Assembly (NCBI RefSeq): GCF_902713615.1
Contig: NW_024055731.1
Span: 1-62,869 of the forward strand
Direction of reading: 5' to 3'
Length of the DNA: 62,869 bases
Source: Scyliorhinus canicula
Taxonomy: Eukaryota
Under the pieces are notes generated by a model. That model had not been told where the DNA came from and ran no database searches. It saw only the letters and a list, made by a program, of their open reading frames with translations. Positions 45,735 to 58,790 of this stretch are shown piece by piece. Position 1 is the first letter of the stretch. Every line of letters begins with the position of its first letter. The position numbers were made by a program, and so were the translations under genes.

Positions 45735-46460
45735 AACAGTGATAGATTGGGAAATAGTGACGTACAAAGGGACCTTGATGTCATTGCACTTCAATCATTG
45801 AAAACAAGCATGCAGATGCATTGGGCAAGGGGTCTGTTAGCCTTCTTTGCTAGAGGACTTGAGAACAACAGTAAGGCTCTCCTACTGCAGTTGTACAAGG
45901 CATTGGTAATAACACAACTGGAGTATTGTGTGAAGTTTTTGTCTCCTTACCTCAGAATGCAAATATTTGCCATCGGGGAGTGCAACGAAGGTTCATAAGA
46001 TACATTTCTGGGATGGCAGGGTTATTTGGAAAGATTGACTCGACCAGGCCTGAACTCAATGAAATTTAGAAGAATTAGGGGTTCTCTATGAAACGTATAA
46101 AGCTCTTATAGAGTTGGACAGACTGGATGGAGGGATGATGTTTCCTATGGATAAGGAGTCCAGACCAAGGGATCACAGTCTCAGGGTAGACCATTTAGGA
46201 CTGAGATAAAGAGAAACGTCTTCATGCAGAGGCTGCTGAACCCTGCAACATTCTCCAACACGGGTAGCTGTGGAGGCCAAATCACTGAATATATTTAAGA
46301 TCAAATCGATTATTTTCTCTACTCTAAAGGGGACAAGAGGTGTGGGGAGAGAGTAAAAGCAGGGTTCGGAGATAGAGAATCAGCCAAGATATTACTGAAT
46401 GGCGGAACAGGTTCTAAGGGCCGAATATCCTACACCTGCTCCTATTGCCTATATTTCTAC
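45735..46460 (+). mobile_element. CR1-type LINE 3' end
   Basis: QRDLDV, LLQLYKALV..LEYCV..SPYLR motifs; tail ending CTCCTATTGCCTATATTTCTA. Confidence 0.85.
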
Positions 46461-46736
46461 GTTTCTGTGTTTCTCATATTCCGATGGAGCACGGCACCTT
46501 TTATGTCATGTTAAGCCATTTTTCTATTATTTCTGCACCAGATCTTACTCAAGGACATTGAAAGATGTTGGGGAGTAAACGGTGAAGATAACACATTGAG
46601 CAGGGGCAATGTGGAATCAAGATCAGTGTGAAATACGCTGGAGTGGAGCAAGTGTTTAATTTCTTTTCAAGCGAGATAAATAATCAGTCGGGATTTTAAG
46701 GTTGATCACCTTCACATCAGGTTTAGGTTTCTTTTT

Positions 46737-47720
46737 TAGAACAGTACAGCACAGAACAGGCCCTTCAGCCCTCGATGTTGTGCCGAGCAATGATCACCCT
46801 ACTCAAACTTCCATATCCACCCTATACCCGCAACCCAACAACTTCCCCTTAACCTTACTTTTGAGGACACTACGGGCAATTTAGCATGGCCAATCCACCT
46901 AACCCGCACATCTTTGGACTGTGGGAGGAAACCGGAGCACCCGGAGGAAACCCACGCACACACGGGGAGGACGTGCAGACGCCGCACAGACAGTGACCCA
47001 GCTGGGAACCGAACCTGGGACCCTGGAGCTGTGAATCATTGATGCTAACCACTATGCTACCATGCTGCCCCAGGTTGTTAGGTCAATTCACTTGCACAAA
47101 TCATCACCTTTCAAAGTACATCAGTGGAAATGGCTTCTTGATAAATTAAGCCAGCAATGATTTCTTAACGGGAAATCTTGTTTAATTAAGTTATTTGAGC
47201 TTTCTGATGAGTAGTACAGTGGTTAACATCGGTATTACAGAATCCCAACTTTCGTAGAAACCCTACAGTGCGGAAGGAGGCAGGTTGGCCCATCGAATCT
47301 GCACCGACCCTGCAAAGAGCACCGTACCCAGGTCCACTACACCACCCTATGCCCGTAACCTGCATATACCTGGACACTAAGAGAACATCTAGCACGACCA
47401 ATCCACTCCATCTGCACAGCTTTGGATTGTGGGAAGAAAGCGGAAGAAAACAGGGAGAAAGTATAAACTGCGCACAGACTGACGGCCAAAATCGAAACTG
47501 GGTCCTTGGCGCTGTTAGGTTGCAGTGCTAAACACTGTTCCGCCATGCCGTAATAGTGCGGCTGAACTTCCACAGTCATGTCATACCATACTGCACCACT
47601 GCCTTGTGAGCAGCAATGGAGATCCGGGGGTGAAATGCACAGAGAGAACGTGCAGACTCCGCACAGACGGTGACCCAATCCGGGAACTGAAACTGTGCTA
47701 ACCACTGTGCTACCGTGCTG
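46737..47720 (-). mobile_element. Cluster of three SINE copies (about 46737-47070, 47238-47545, 47600-47720)
   Basis: Repeated SINE heads and cores on the minus strand. Confidence 0.82.
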
Positions 47721-48009
47721 TCCATTGTGTGGTAACTTTGTAATGCTGCAAGCACCAGTCGAAAGCCTCGACTACACAATACCAGGCAATACTCCCGGTG
47801 ATACTTTACATTAAAATCTTTATGTTTCTTTTATCCATTATTTTCAAAAAAATCAGATGGAGGAGATGACGACACAGCACTCTGGCCCATCTCCTCGTTT
47901 AGTAAAACGTGTTCCTGGGGCATCATTGCTGCTTTGACGTTTCCGCCTTCTTGTGAAAACAAAAAGACATCTTCCCTTGGATTTGCGAAGTGATTTAAAA
48001 TTGCCGGTT

Positions 48010-48622
48010 CCCGGGGAAGACTGGGGTCTGGTACGATAATAATCACAGAGACCGGATCCAGTGTATCAATAACAGAGACTGCCGGGCCCGGGGTCAGGCG
48101 GGGTCTGGTATAATAATAATCATAGAGACCGGCTCCGGTGTATCAATAACAGAGACTGCCGGGCCCGGGGTCAGACTGGGGTCTGGTATAATAATAATCA
48201 CAGAGACCGGCTCCAGTGTATCAATAACAGAGACTGCCGGGCCCGGGGTCAGACTGGGGTCTTGTATAATAATAATCACAGAGACCGGCTCCAGTGTATC
48301 AATAACAGAGACTGCCGGGCCCGGGGTCAGACTGGGGTCTGGTATAATAATAATCACAGAGACCGGCTTCAGTGTATCAACAACAGAGACTGCCGGGCCC
48401 GGGGTCAGACTGGGGTCAGGCATAATAATAATCACAGAGACCGGCTCCAGCGTATCAATAACAGAGACTGCCGGACCGGGGTCAGACTGGGGTCAGGTAT
48501 ATTAATAATCACAGAGACCGGCTCCAGCGTATCAATAACAGAGACTGCCGGACCGGGGTCAGACTGGGGTCTGGTATAATAATAATCACAGAGACAGGCT
48601 CCAGTGTATCAGTAACAGAGAA
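48010..48622. repeat. 78-bp minisatellite, about 7.6 copies
   Basis: GTC(T/A)(G/T)G anchors at 48026, 48103, 48181, 48259, 48337, 48415, 48493 and 48571. Confidence 0.95.
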
Positions 48623-48975
48623 AGGTGATAATCTTCGGTGAAGGGAGGCAGGGGATCTCATGAACAGCTGATTTTAAGATGAAGTGCAACTATCAGAAAA
48701 CAACGATGCTCCGGGCCCCAGCCCGGGCTTCAGTATTATGCTGAGTGACAGGGATGTGTGTGGGAAAAGCGGATTGGAAACTTCATTGAGTGAGGTGCGT
48801 GTGATTGACTCCACCTCGGATCTTTATACCCAATGGGAGGACAATTATGGCAGACCTTATAATGGTGCATCTGTCGGGGGAAACAACAACATCTGTTTCT
48901 TCTTATTGTTACGAACAGTTCTCCATTTACACAGACACGCGAGAGCCGGTCCCGGCAGCTTATGAACACTACATT

Positions 48976-49520
48976 TAGAACATAGAACAGTACAGCACAG
49001 AACAGGCCCTTCGGCCCTCGTTGTTGTGCCGAGCAATGATCACCCTACTCAACCCCACGTATCCACCCGATACCAATAACACAACAACCCCCCCCCCCCC
49101 CCTTAACCTTACTTTTAAGGACACTACGGGCAATTTAGCATGGCCAATCCACCTAACCTGCACATCTTTGGACTGTGAGAGGAAACGGGAGCACCCGGAG
49201 GAAACCCACGCACACAGGGGGAGGACGTGCAGACTGCGCACAGACAGTGACCCAGCCGGGAACCGAGCCTGGGACCCTGGAGCTGTGAAGCATTTATGCT
49301 AACCACCATGCCACCGTGCTGCCCCTAAATTTAGAATACGCATTTATTTATATTTTTAATTAGTGGGTAATTTAGCGTGGCCAATCCACCGACCCTTCAC
49401 AGTTTCGGGTGGTGGGGGTGAATCACACGCAATCACGGGGAGAATATGCAACCTCCACACGGACAGTGACCCAGGACCGGGATCGAACTCGGGTGCTCAG
49501 AAGTGCAGGCCGCAGTGCTA
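48976..49520 (-). mobile_element. Young HE1-type SINE (48976-49325) and an older partial SINE
   Basis: Full-length copy near-identical to 46737-47070, 53080-53412 and 61680-62017. Confidence 0.88.
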
Positions 49521-50349
49521 ACCACTAGACCAACGTACCGTCTCAAATTATGGGCACTTAGATTTAAATCATCAGATTATGACACAAAGACTAAAAGCCA
49601 ACGCCTCATCACAGGAAGAATTAGTGCCTCAAATGTTAACGATAATTGTTCTTTTTCGAAACAAGTGCTATTCACTGTTACTTTGTCCAAAGTAGTGGAT
49701 TGTAAACAGCAACGAAACTCTGAAAGATTCGTGGCAATTTTCTACACTCACCCAGGCTCTGCCTAAAGACAGGATTAGCACAAGAAGGGACAGAGGTTGA
49801 TACAGAAAAGGTGCTGGGACAATGATTAGAGATGAACCATCCAACTGGTCCCATTCCCTCTCATCCTTCAGATCTTAATACCTTCAAATATTTATCCATC
49901 ATTTTCCAACGTTGCTGTTAAATCTGATTCAATCATAATTGCCCCTTGTGTGTTCCAGTTTATAACAACTGGCTGTGTAAAAACAATCCTCCTGTTCAAT
50001 ACAGTAAATATGTGTCCTCTGGTTACAGACCATCCTGCCAGTTGTAATAGTCTCTCTTTAATTACTCTATTCAAACCTTGATAGTTTTGTTTCAGAAGTT
50101 TAATTAAACAGACACACATAAAGATGGAGAAAGGTACAGAGAGAGAGAGAGAGTGAAACTGAGCGAAGAAATGAGAAAGAGAGAGGCGGGGTTGAGAGAT
50201 AAAATCTGAGAAACAGTAAAGACAAATTACACAGGGAGAGGGAGAATGATAAAATAGTGAAATGGAACAAGATATCATTTCCTGGCTTCACAGAACCGGG
50301 GAAACTCAGTGACTGATCCACTGACCATCCAGTTATGTCCTGGAATGGA

Positions 50350-50600
50350 AGCTTTGAACAGATCACAACAGGTTCATTTGTAAATGTCACCGCAAAGTGA
50401 TCTGTGTGACTTTGCCCTGACTCTGTGGGCAGCGATAAGTCGCATTGACAGATGTTCTCACCAGATTGTGGTCCCTGGATCTATTTTCTGCTCAGAAGTG
50501 CGGTTTGGAACCGGCAGCAGAGAAACAGGAAGTTGTGTTACCTGAGAATGAAACAGCAGGCGTCAGTTTCATGTTATCACCGTGAACAGTCTTCCTGCCT
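50350..50600. promoter_or_regulatory. Candidate T-cell enhancer (RUNX/ETS/GATA/TCF cluster)
   Basis: CTTTGAA 50352, ACCGCA 50389, GATAA 50434, CAGATG 50449, TGTGGT 50467, TGCGGTTT 50499, ACAGGAAGT 50525, GCGTCA 50560, TTATCA 50574, CTTCCTG 50591. Confidence 0.45.
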
Positions 50601-51404
50601 GTGAGGGTGAACTCACTCTGACAGCATCAAGAACATCCACACAGATTGCTGCCGGCCTCAGCATTACATTCACCTCCATTACCATTCCCTTGAAACAGTT
50701 AGATTATTTGTTTAAAAACACAGTAACCGATCGGGAGATGCACAGATGATCTTCACTGGTCATAATACAAATAATAATCTGGAGACATGAAGGGAAATAA
50801 AAGCAACAATCTGTTAACAGAGGTTATACTAATGTAGAAAGTTTGAAGGCACTTGATGCCTGAGAGCGAGAGAGAGACTGGGGGGGGGGGGGGGGGGGGA
50901 GAGAGGGGGGGGGGGGGGGAGAGAGAGAGAGGTTAAGTGAATGAGCTGGTGCCTTTCTGGCACAGAATTTTGCTCTGATGACGTTTTGGTGCTTAATTAT
51001 TTTCAGAAGTGCCTTCAACAAAAAAGATTCAAACACTAGGTGCCATTTAAACACTAGGTTCCAGCATCGGCTGCTGTGTTGTGTCTGAGTGAGTTAAGTC
51101 TGAGAGAGAGAAGAGGGTTCAACTGATTTAGATGCAGCCTCAGACAGAGAAAGCGGGGTGAACCGATATGTAAGTAATTTGAAAGATACATTTGCCTTTT
51201 CAATGGAATGGACAGCTTGATATTACTGTCTAGATCAGTCAAGACAGTACATTACATATTGGGTGTTGCGTAGGATGTGGAAGGTAATCTCAATAAAATG
51301 TCGTCATGTGCTGAAAAATAATTGCAATTATTGGCCACGCCATTTTGCAAACAATGAATAATGATGTGTTCCAGACTAACCGGCCCATATAGACATCCAG
51401 GCAC

Positions 51405-51422
51405 ACACATATCCACACACAG

Positions 51423-51453
<31 letters not shown>

Positions 51454-51485
51454 TACACACACATACATCCACACACACATACACA
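51405..51485. repeat. (CA)n microsatellite
   Basis: Direct inspection. Confidence 0.9.
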
Positions 51486-51980
51486 GTTTCAGACTCTGTC
51501 TCTCACAATCACCGGCCACACCAAAAGCAAACAGAAATCCATTCAGCAAAAAGGGTGAAGGACAATTCGGACCATGAATGGAAACAGTGGGTAATTGCCA
51601 CAGATGAACACAAGTCTGAATTAGTCATATCTAACACAATGGAGTTTATGACTGTGTTGTGCAATGTGACGTTCAATATGGCTCATGTGTTTCTGTTCCT
51701 CAGCCTTGTGATGAAGTGAATGTCACAAGATTCGCTCCGACCTTGCAGCAAAATATTACACATCCATTACCAGACCAATCACACAACACCAAATAGTTAT
51801 TCATTATGCTTTTGTAAGTGAATTAAGGCTGAGAGAGAACAGAGACATTAATTAATCTAGGTGCAGTCTGAAACAAAGAGATGAGAACAGATCGGCAGGT
51901 GTTTGAAAGTTGTATTTGCCTTTGCAACCAACGCCCATAACAGCTAATATTTATTGACACGACAAAATGTATTCTTCCAA

Positions 51981-52320
51981 ACAGCACGGTAGCATGGTGG
52001 TTAGCATAAATGCTTCACAGCTCCAGGGTCCCAGGTTCGATTCCCGGCTGGGTCACTGTCTGTGCGGAGTCTGCACGTCCTCCCCGTGTGTGCGTGGGTT
52101 TCCTCCGGGTGCTCCGGTTTCCTCCCACAGTCCAAAGATGTGCGGGTTAGGTGGATTGGCCATGCTAAATTGCCCGTAGTGTCCTAAAAAGTAAGGATAA
52201 GGGAGGGGTTTTTGGGTTACGGGTATAGGGTGGATACGTGGGTTTGAGTAGGGTGATCATGGCTCGGCACAACATCGAGGGCCGAAGGGCCTGTTCTGTG
52301 CTGTACTGTTCTATGTTCTA
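51981..52320 (+). mobile_element. Full-length young HE1-type SINE
   Basis: Complete head, core and TGTTCTATGTTCTA tail. Confidence 0.92.
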
Positions 52321-52344
52321 AACACAAGTGAGTTCCACTTTCCA

Positions 52345-53030
52345 CACACAAGTCAGTGGTGCACCGGTATTGTCGCTGGACTAGTAATCCAGAGATCCAG
52401 AGTCAAGCTCTGGGGACCCGGGCTCCCACCACGGCAGGTGGTGACATTTGAATCAAGAAAGATCTGGAATTCAGAGATCATAGAATTTACAGTGCAGAAG
52501 GAGGCCATTCAGCCCATCGAGTTTGCACCGGCTCCTGGAAAGAGCACCCTACCCAAGGTTAACACTTCCACCCTATCCCAGTAACCCCACCCAACACTAA
52601 GGCAATTTTGGACACTAAGGGCAATTTATCATGTCCAATCCACCTAACTTGCATGTCTATGGACTGTGGGAGGAAACCAGAGCACCCGGAGGAAACCCAC
52701 GCACACACGGATAGGACGTATAGACTCCGCACAGACAGTGACCCAAGCCGGAATCGAACCAGGGACCCTGGAGCTGCGAAGCGATTGTGCTATCCACAAT
52801 GCTACCGTGCTGCCCACGGTAGCAATTAAAAGTCTAATGATGAGCATGAAACCATTGTCGTGTGTAATCAAAACCCATCTGTTCACTGATGTCCTTCGTA
52901 ACTAGTCTGACCTACGTATGACTCCAATGACCCCACAGCAATGTCCTTGACTCTGAAATGCCCTCAGGGATGGGTACGATCAGCCAGCGACATCCACATC
53001 CCATGAACGAATAAAAAGTATTTAGTATCT
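52345..53030 (+). mobile_element. Older SINE of a second family (SacSINE/DeuSINE-like) with a nested HE1 SINE (about 52477-52815, minus strand)
   Basis: GGTATTGTCGCTGGACTAGTAATCCAGAG...GGAATT resumes as AATTAAAAGTCTAATGATG...CCCATGAACGAATAAAAA after the nested SINE. Family name from recall. Confidence 0.65.
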
Positions 53031-53079
53031 TGAAAATAAAATTCCATCCTTCTTTTTCTATCTATCAACCTATCTATCT

Positions 53080-53412
53080 TAGAACAGTACAGCACAGAAC
53101 AGGCCCTTCGGCCCTCGATGTTGTGCCGAGCCATGATCACCCTACTCAAACCCACGTATCCACCCTGTACCCATAACCCAACAACCCCCCTTAACCTTAC
53201 TTTTTAGGACACTACGGGCAATTTAGCATGGCCGATCCACCTAACCCGCACATCTTTGGACTGTGGGAGGAAACCGGAGCACCCGGAGGAAACCCACGCA
53301 CACAGGGGGAGGACGTGCAGACTCCGCACAGACAGCGACCCAGCCGGGAATCGAACCTGGGACCCTGGAGCTGTGAAGCATTGATGCTAACCACCATGCT
53401 ACCCTGCTGCCC
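53080..53412 (-). mobile_element. Full-length young HE1-type SINE
   Basis: Reverse complement of 51981-52320. Confidence 0.92.
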
Positions 53413-53829
53413 CTTAATCTATCTGTCTATCTTTTAGACAACCTTTCTTTTTTTTCATTCATTTGCGCGATATGGCGCCACTGATTGGTCAGCAATTATG
53501 GCCCATTCCGAGTTGCCATTCAGAAGGTGGTGGTGAACTGCCGCCTTGAATCGCTGCAGTCCCTGATATGCAGTTACACCCATACTGTATTAGCGAGAGA
53601 AATCCAGTATTTTCACCCAGCCACAGTGAAGGAACGGCGATATATTTCCAAGTCAAAGTGTTGAGTGACTTGGAGAGGGACCTCCAGGTATTGGTGTTCC
53701 AAAGTATCTGCTGGTCTTGTCCTTGTTGATGGTTGTAGCCGTGGGTCTGGTAGGTGCTGAATATGAAACCATCATTAGTTCCAACAGTAAATCTTGTGGA
53801 TGGCAACAATCAAGCGACTGATTTGTCCT

Positions 53830-55010
53830 GGATGGTACAAAGTTAAAGAAAATTACAGCACAGGAACAGGCCCTTCAGCCCTCCCAGCCTCCGCCGATCC
53901 AGATCCTTTATCTAAACCTGTTGCCTATTTACCAAGGTCTACTTCTCTCTGTTCCCCACCTGTACATATATCTGCCCAGATGCATTTTAAATGATGCTAT
54001 CGTACCCGCCTCTACCACCTCCGCTGGCAAAGCATTCCAGGCACCCACCACCCTCTGCGTAAAAAACTTTCCATGTACATCTCCCTTAAACTTTTCACCT
54101 CTCACCTTGAAATCGTGACCCCTTGTAACTGACACCCCTACTCTTGGAAAAACTTGTTGCTATCCACCCTGTCCATACCTCTCATAATTTTGTAGACCTC
54201 ATTCAGGTCTCTCCTCAACCTCCATCTTTCCAACGAAAACAATCCTAATCTACTCAACCTTTCTTCATAGCTAGCACCCTCCATACCAGGTAACATCCTG
54301 GTGAACCTCCTCTGCACCCTCTCCAAGGCATCCACATCCTTCTGGTAACGTGGCGACCAGAACTGCACACAGTATTCCAAATGTGGCCTAACCAAAGTCC
54401 GATACAACTGTAACATGACCTGCTGACTCTTGTACTCAATACCCAATCCGATGAAGGCAAGCATGCTGTATGCCTTCTTGACCACTCTATCAACCTGCGT
54501 TGCCACCTTCAGGGTACAATGGACCTGGACTCCCAGATCTCTCTGGACATCAATTTTCCCCAGGACTCTTCCATTGACCATACAGTCTGCTCTTGAGTTA
54601 AATCTTCCAAAATGCATCACCTCGCATTTGCCTGGATTGAACTCCATCTGCCATTTCTCTGCCCAACACTCCAATCTATCTATATTTTACTGTATTCTCT
54701 GACAGTCCGCCTTGTTATCTGCAAATCCACCAATCTCAGTATCATCTGCAAACTTGCTCATCAGACCACTTATACCTTCGTCCAGATCATTTATATATAT
54801 CACAAACAACAGTCGTCCGAGCACGGATCCCTGTGGAACACCACTAGTCACCTTTCTCCATTTTGAGACACTCCCTTCCACCACTACTCTCTGTCTCCTG
54901 TTGCCCAGCCAGTTCTTTAACCATCTAGCTAGTACACCCTGAACCCCATACGACTTCACTTTTTTCCATCAACCTGCCATGGGAAACTTTATCAATGCTT
55001 TACCGATGTC
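53830..55010 (-). mobile_element. CR1-type LINE 3' 1.2 kb, nested in an older LINE fragment (about 53450-53800 and 55010-55250)
   Basis: [21 protein letters not shown]...SKFADDT; WQMEFNP; RPHLEYCVQFWSP. Confidence 0.93.
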
Positions 55011-56079
55011 CATGATTGTGGAAAGCTTCTTGAGATTTGTTGGAGCTGCACTCCAGACGAATTGGAGCTTGTATTCCATTACACTTCAGATTTTTGCCGA
55101 GCAGGTGATGGACAGGCTTTGGGCAATCGGGATTTGAGTTACTCGCCACAGGATCTCTACCCTTTGAACTGCTCTGGAGGCCACATCATTCGTCTGGCTT
55201 GTCCAGTTCAGTTTCCTGTCAATGACAACCCCCAGGATGTTGATTGTGCGGTAATCAATTAAAGTAAATCTGGTGCATTATTCTGTGGGGGAAGACTTCA
55301 GCCCTGAATGAAAATCGAGTCTAACAAAATAATATCAGAGAATGGGCTCAACATATATAAATGGAAACTTGCTGCAGTTGAACAACTGCTCCGAAATGGT
55401 GACTTCTTAACATGTATAGCAGCATAGGATTCATGCATCCATTAATTAATCCGCACATAATGTAATATTAATAGATATAAGGTCTAATGCAATGATTTAA
55501 AAAAGAGTCAATTGCAGTAGAGAGAGGTGTTGCTCAGTGCATTTCTGAATGTGACTGCACCTATTTGTTAAAACAGTAATACAGATCTCGTGCAGTCATA
55601 ACTGAGAATGGGTGAATGTAGTATGTACAGAAACATGGTCCTTCTTATTCAAATGTTTATCTGTAGATAGAATTATATACACAGATACAATGCTGGGGGA
55701 AAGGTAAAACGAAACATGGTCCTGTACAATCATTCCAGAGACAAGACCAAGTATAATAAAACTTGGTACACGGTTAAGTACAGTGATAACTGAATGTATG
55801 TATGTAATGTAATACTATGAATGTAATACTATGAAACACAATGTGCAGTAAAATATAAATAAATACATGGTCTAACTACAAGTAAAAACTCAACTAGAGT
55901 AAATTGTTCAGGCCACAGAAGCATGATCTGATGTATTAATAACTGGAATAATACCGAAAGATAAAAACACGGAGAGGGTCTAATTTAGAGAGAACTGAGA
56001 AAGGACCTATTTTGTTTTAAACAGAGATATGGAGGGGTGCGGTAATAAATGAGATGTAACCCATTGCACGATTAATATT

Positions 56080-57639
56080 ATAAAAAGTCTTACAACACCA
56101 GGTTAAAGTCCAACAGGTTTTTTTCAAACCCTAGCTTTCGGAGCACTGCTCCTTCCTCAGGTGAATGTAGAGGTATGTTCCAGAAACATATATGTAGACA
56201 ATTCAAAGATGCAAGACAATGCTTAGAATGCGAGCATTTGCAGGTAATTAAATTTTTACAGATCTAAAGATAGGGGTAACCCCAGGTTAAAGAGGTGTGA
56301 ATTGTCTCAAGCCAGGACAGTTGGTAGGATTTTGCAAGCCCAGGGCAGATGGTGGGGGATGAATGCAATGCGACATGAATCCCAGGTCCCGATTGAGGCC
56401 CGCACTCATGTGTGCGGAACTTGGCTATAAATTTCTGCTCGGCAATTCTGCGGTATCGCGTGTCCTGTAGGCTGCCTTGGAGAACACTTACCCGGAGATC
56501 AGAGGCTGAATGCCCTCGACTGCTGAAGTGTTCCCCGACTGGAAGGGAACATTCCTGCCTGGCGATTGTTGCGCGATGTCCGTTCATTCACTGTTGCAAT
56601 GTACCACATTACGGGACATCCTTTCCTGCAGCGTATGAGGTGGACAACATTGGCCGAGTTGCACTAGTATGTACCTAGTGGGTGGTGTTCTCACATGTAA
56701 TGGTGGTATCCATGTCGATGATCTGGCACATCTTGCAGCGATTGCCATGGCAAAGTTGTGTGGTGTTGTGGTCGCTGTTCTGAAGGCTGGGTAGTTTTGC
56801 TGCCAACAATGGTTTGTTGAGGTTGCGTGGTTGTTTGAAGGCAAGTAGTGGGGGTGTGGGGATGACCTTGGCAATATGTTCATCTTCATCGATGATGTGT
56901 TGAATGCTGAGAAGAAGATGTCGTAGTTTCTCCGCTCAGGGAATGTACTGGACGATGAAGGGTACTCTGTCGGTTGTGCCCCGTGTTTGTCTTCTGAGGA
57001 GCTTGGTGCGTTTTCTTGCTGTGGCGCGTTGGAACTGTCGATCGATGAGTCAAGCACATATCTCGTTCGTGTGAGGGCATCACTCAGCGTCTGTAGATGT
57101 CTGTTATGCTCCTCCTCGTCTGCGCAGATCCTGGGTATATGGAGGGCTTGTCCATAGGGGATGGATTCTTTACTATATTTAGGGTGGAAGTGGAGAAGTG
57201 GAACATTGTGAGGTGACCCGCAACAACGCAGAATCGCTGAGCAGAAACATATAGCCAAGTTCCGCCTACATGAGTGCGGCCTCAACCGGGGCCTGGGATT
57301 CATGTCACATTACATTCATCCCCCACCATCTGGCCTGGGTTTGCGAAATCCTAAAAAACTGTCCTGGCGTGAGACAATTCACACCTCTTTAACCTGGGGT
57401 TACCCCTATCTCTGGATCTGTAAAGACTTAATTACCTGCAAATGCTCGCATTCGAAGAATTGTCTGGCATCTTTGACTTTGTCGATATATATGTTTCTGG
57501 AACATACCTCCTCATTCACCTGAGGAAGGAACAGTGCTCCGAAAGCTAGTGTTTGAAGCAAACCTGTTGGACTTCAACCTTGTATTGTAAAATTTCTTAC
57601 TGTGCTCACCCCAGTCCAACGCCAGCACCTCCACATCAT
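56080..57639. mobile_element. Second head-to-head Penelope insertion (older subfamily), 10-bp TSD
   Basis: Minus arm about 56085-57205 and plus arm about 57210-57639; GATTAATATT at 56070-56079 and 57640-57649. Confidence 0.88.
57517..57551 (+). ncRNA. Minimal hammerhead ribozyme motif (mirror copy at 56129-56163, minus strand)
   Basis: CAC-CTGAGGA-AGGAACAGTGCTCC-GAAA-GC-TA-GTG; one mismatch in stem II. Confidence 0.62.
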
Positions 57640-57834
57640 GATTAATATTGGTATTGTCTCGCACAGTAATAACTAAAGCAGAGAGAATCGCATCATTTAT
57701 AGGTACAGAAACTGGCATTAAATAAACAGAGCCGGCGGTGTACCGGAATTATTAAAACAAGGATACAAGTGGAGACAGTGCAGTGCAGTAGAAACCGAGA
57801 ATTTCCTCACACAGTCCAAAGATGCGCAGGTTAC

Positions 57835-58790
57835 ATAGGACATAGAACATTACAGTGAAGTACAGGCCCTTCGAACCTCGATGTTGCGCCGACCTGTAAA
57901 ACCACTCTAAAGCCCATCTACACTATTCCCTTATCGCTCATCTGCCTATCCAATGACCATTTGAATGCGTTTAGTGTTGGCGAGTCCACTACTGTTGCAG
58001 GCAGGGCATTCCACGACCTTACTACTCTCTGAGTAAAGAATCTACCTCTGACATCTGTCCTATATCTATTTCCCCTCAATTTAAATCTATGTCCCCTCGT
58101 GCTGGACGTCACCATCCGAGGAAAAAGGATCTCAATGTCCACCCTATCTAATCCTCTGATCATCTTGTATGCCTCAATTTAGTCACCTCTTAACCTTGTT
58201 CTCTCTAACGAAAACAGCCTCTAGTCCTTCAGCCTTTCCTTGTAAGATCTTCCCTCCATACCAGGAAACATCCTTGTAAATCTCCTCTGTACCATTTCCA
58301 ATGCTTCCACATCCTTCCTCTAATGTGGCGACCAGAACTGCACGCAATACTCCAAAGCCGGCCGCACCAGAGTTTTGTACAACTGCAACATGACCTCATG
58401 GCTCCGAAACTCAATTCCTCTACCAAAAAAAGCTAACACACCATACGCCGTCTTGACAATCGTCTCAACCTGGGTTGCAACTTTAAGGGATCTATGGACA
58501 TCGACACGGAGATCTCTCTGCTCGTCCACATTGCCAAGAATCTTACCATTCGCCCAGTACTCTGTCTTCCTGTTATTCCTTCCAAAATGAATCAAATCAA
58601 GGTTAGGTGGATTGGCGATTCTAAAAGATTTTCCCTGAGTGTACAAAGGTTAAGTGGGGTTATAGGGATAGGATGGAGGAGGGGTCCTCAGTGGGGTGGC
58701 GTTTTGGAGGGCCGGTGCAGACTTGATGGGCCGACTGGCCTCCTTGTGCACTGTCGGGATTCTATGATTCTATGATTCTATGATTCTTTG
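57835..58790 (-). mobile_element. CR1-type LINE 3' end (about 57835-58600) plus a SINE tail fragment (+, 58600-58790)
   Basis: RPALEYCVQFWSPH, TRGHRFKLRG; the LINE tail shares CATAGAAC...CAGGCCCTTCG..CCTCGATGTTG with the SINE tails. Confidence 0.88.

Noticed and set aside
48094-48579. Repetitive ORFs (IIIIPDPSLTPGPAVSVIDT...)
   Set aside because: Open only because the 78-bp unit is a multiple of three; no promoter or splice support.
48010-48622. CRISPR-like appearance of regular repeats
   Set aside because: Units are contiguous with no unique spacers, and the DNA is vertebrate.
48625-48670. J-like IIFGEG motif
   Set aside because: No 12-spacer RSS upstream, T of FGXGT missing, stop codon follows and no donor site.
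49575-49775. Minus-strand EQLSLTFEALILPVMRRWLL and an 11-nt AG..GT micro-exon resembling a TCR C transmembrane region
   Set aside because: Conserved Lys and Asn absent, no proper exon boundaries and no C1 domain exon found.
22655-50930. Long poly-C/poly-G tracts (about 22655, 43027, 50880)
   Set aside because: Simple homopolymers of unreliable length; no evidence of function.
51690-51830. Minus-strand VIGL...KVGANL resembling a TCR transmembrane segment
   Set aside because: Motifs lie in different frames with wrong spacing; stops present.
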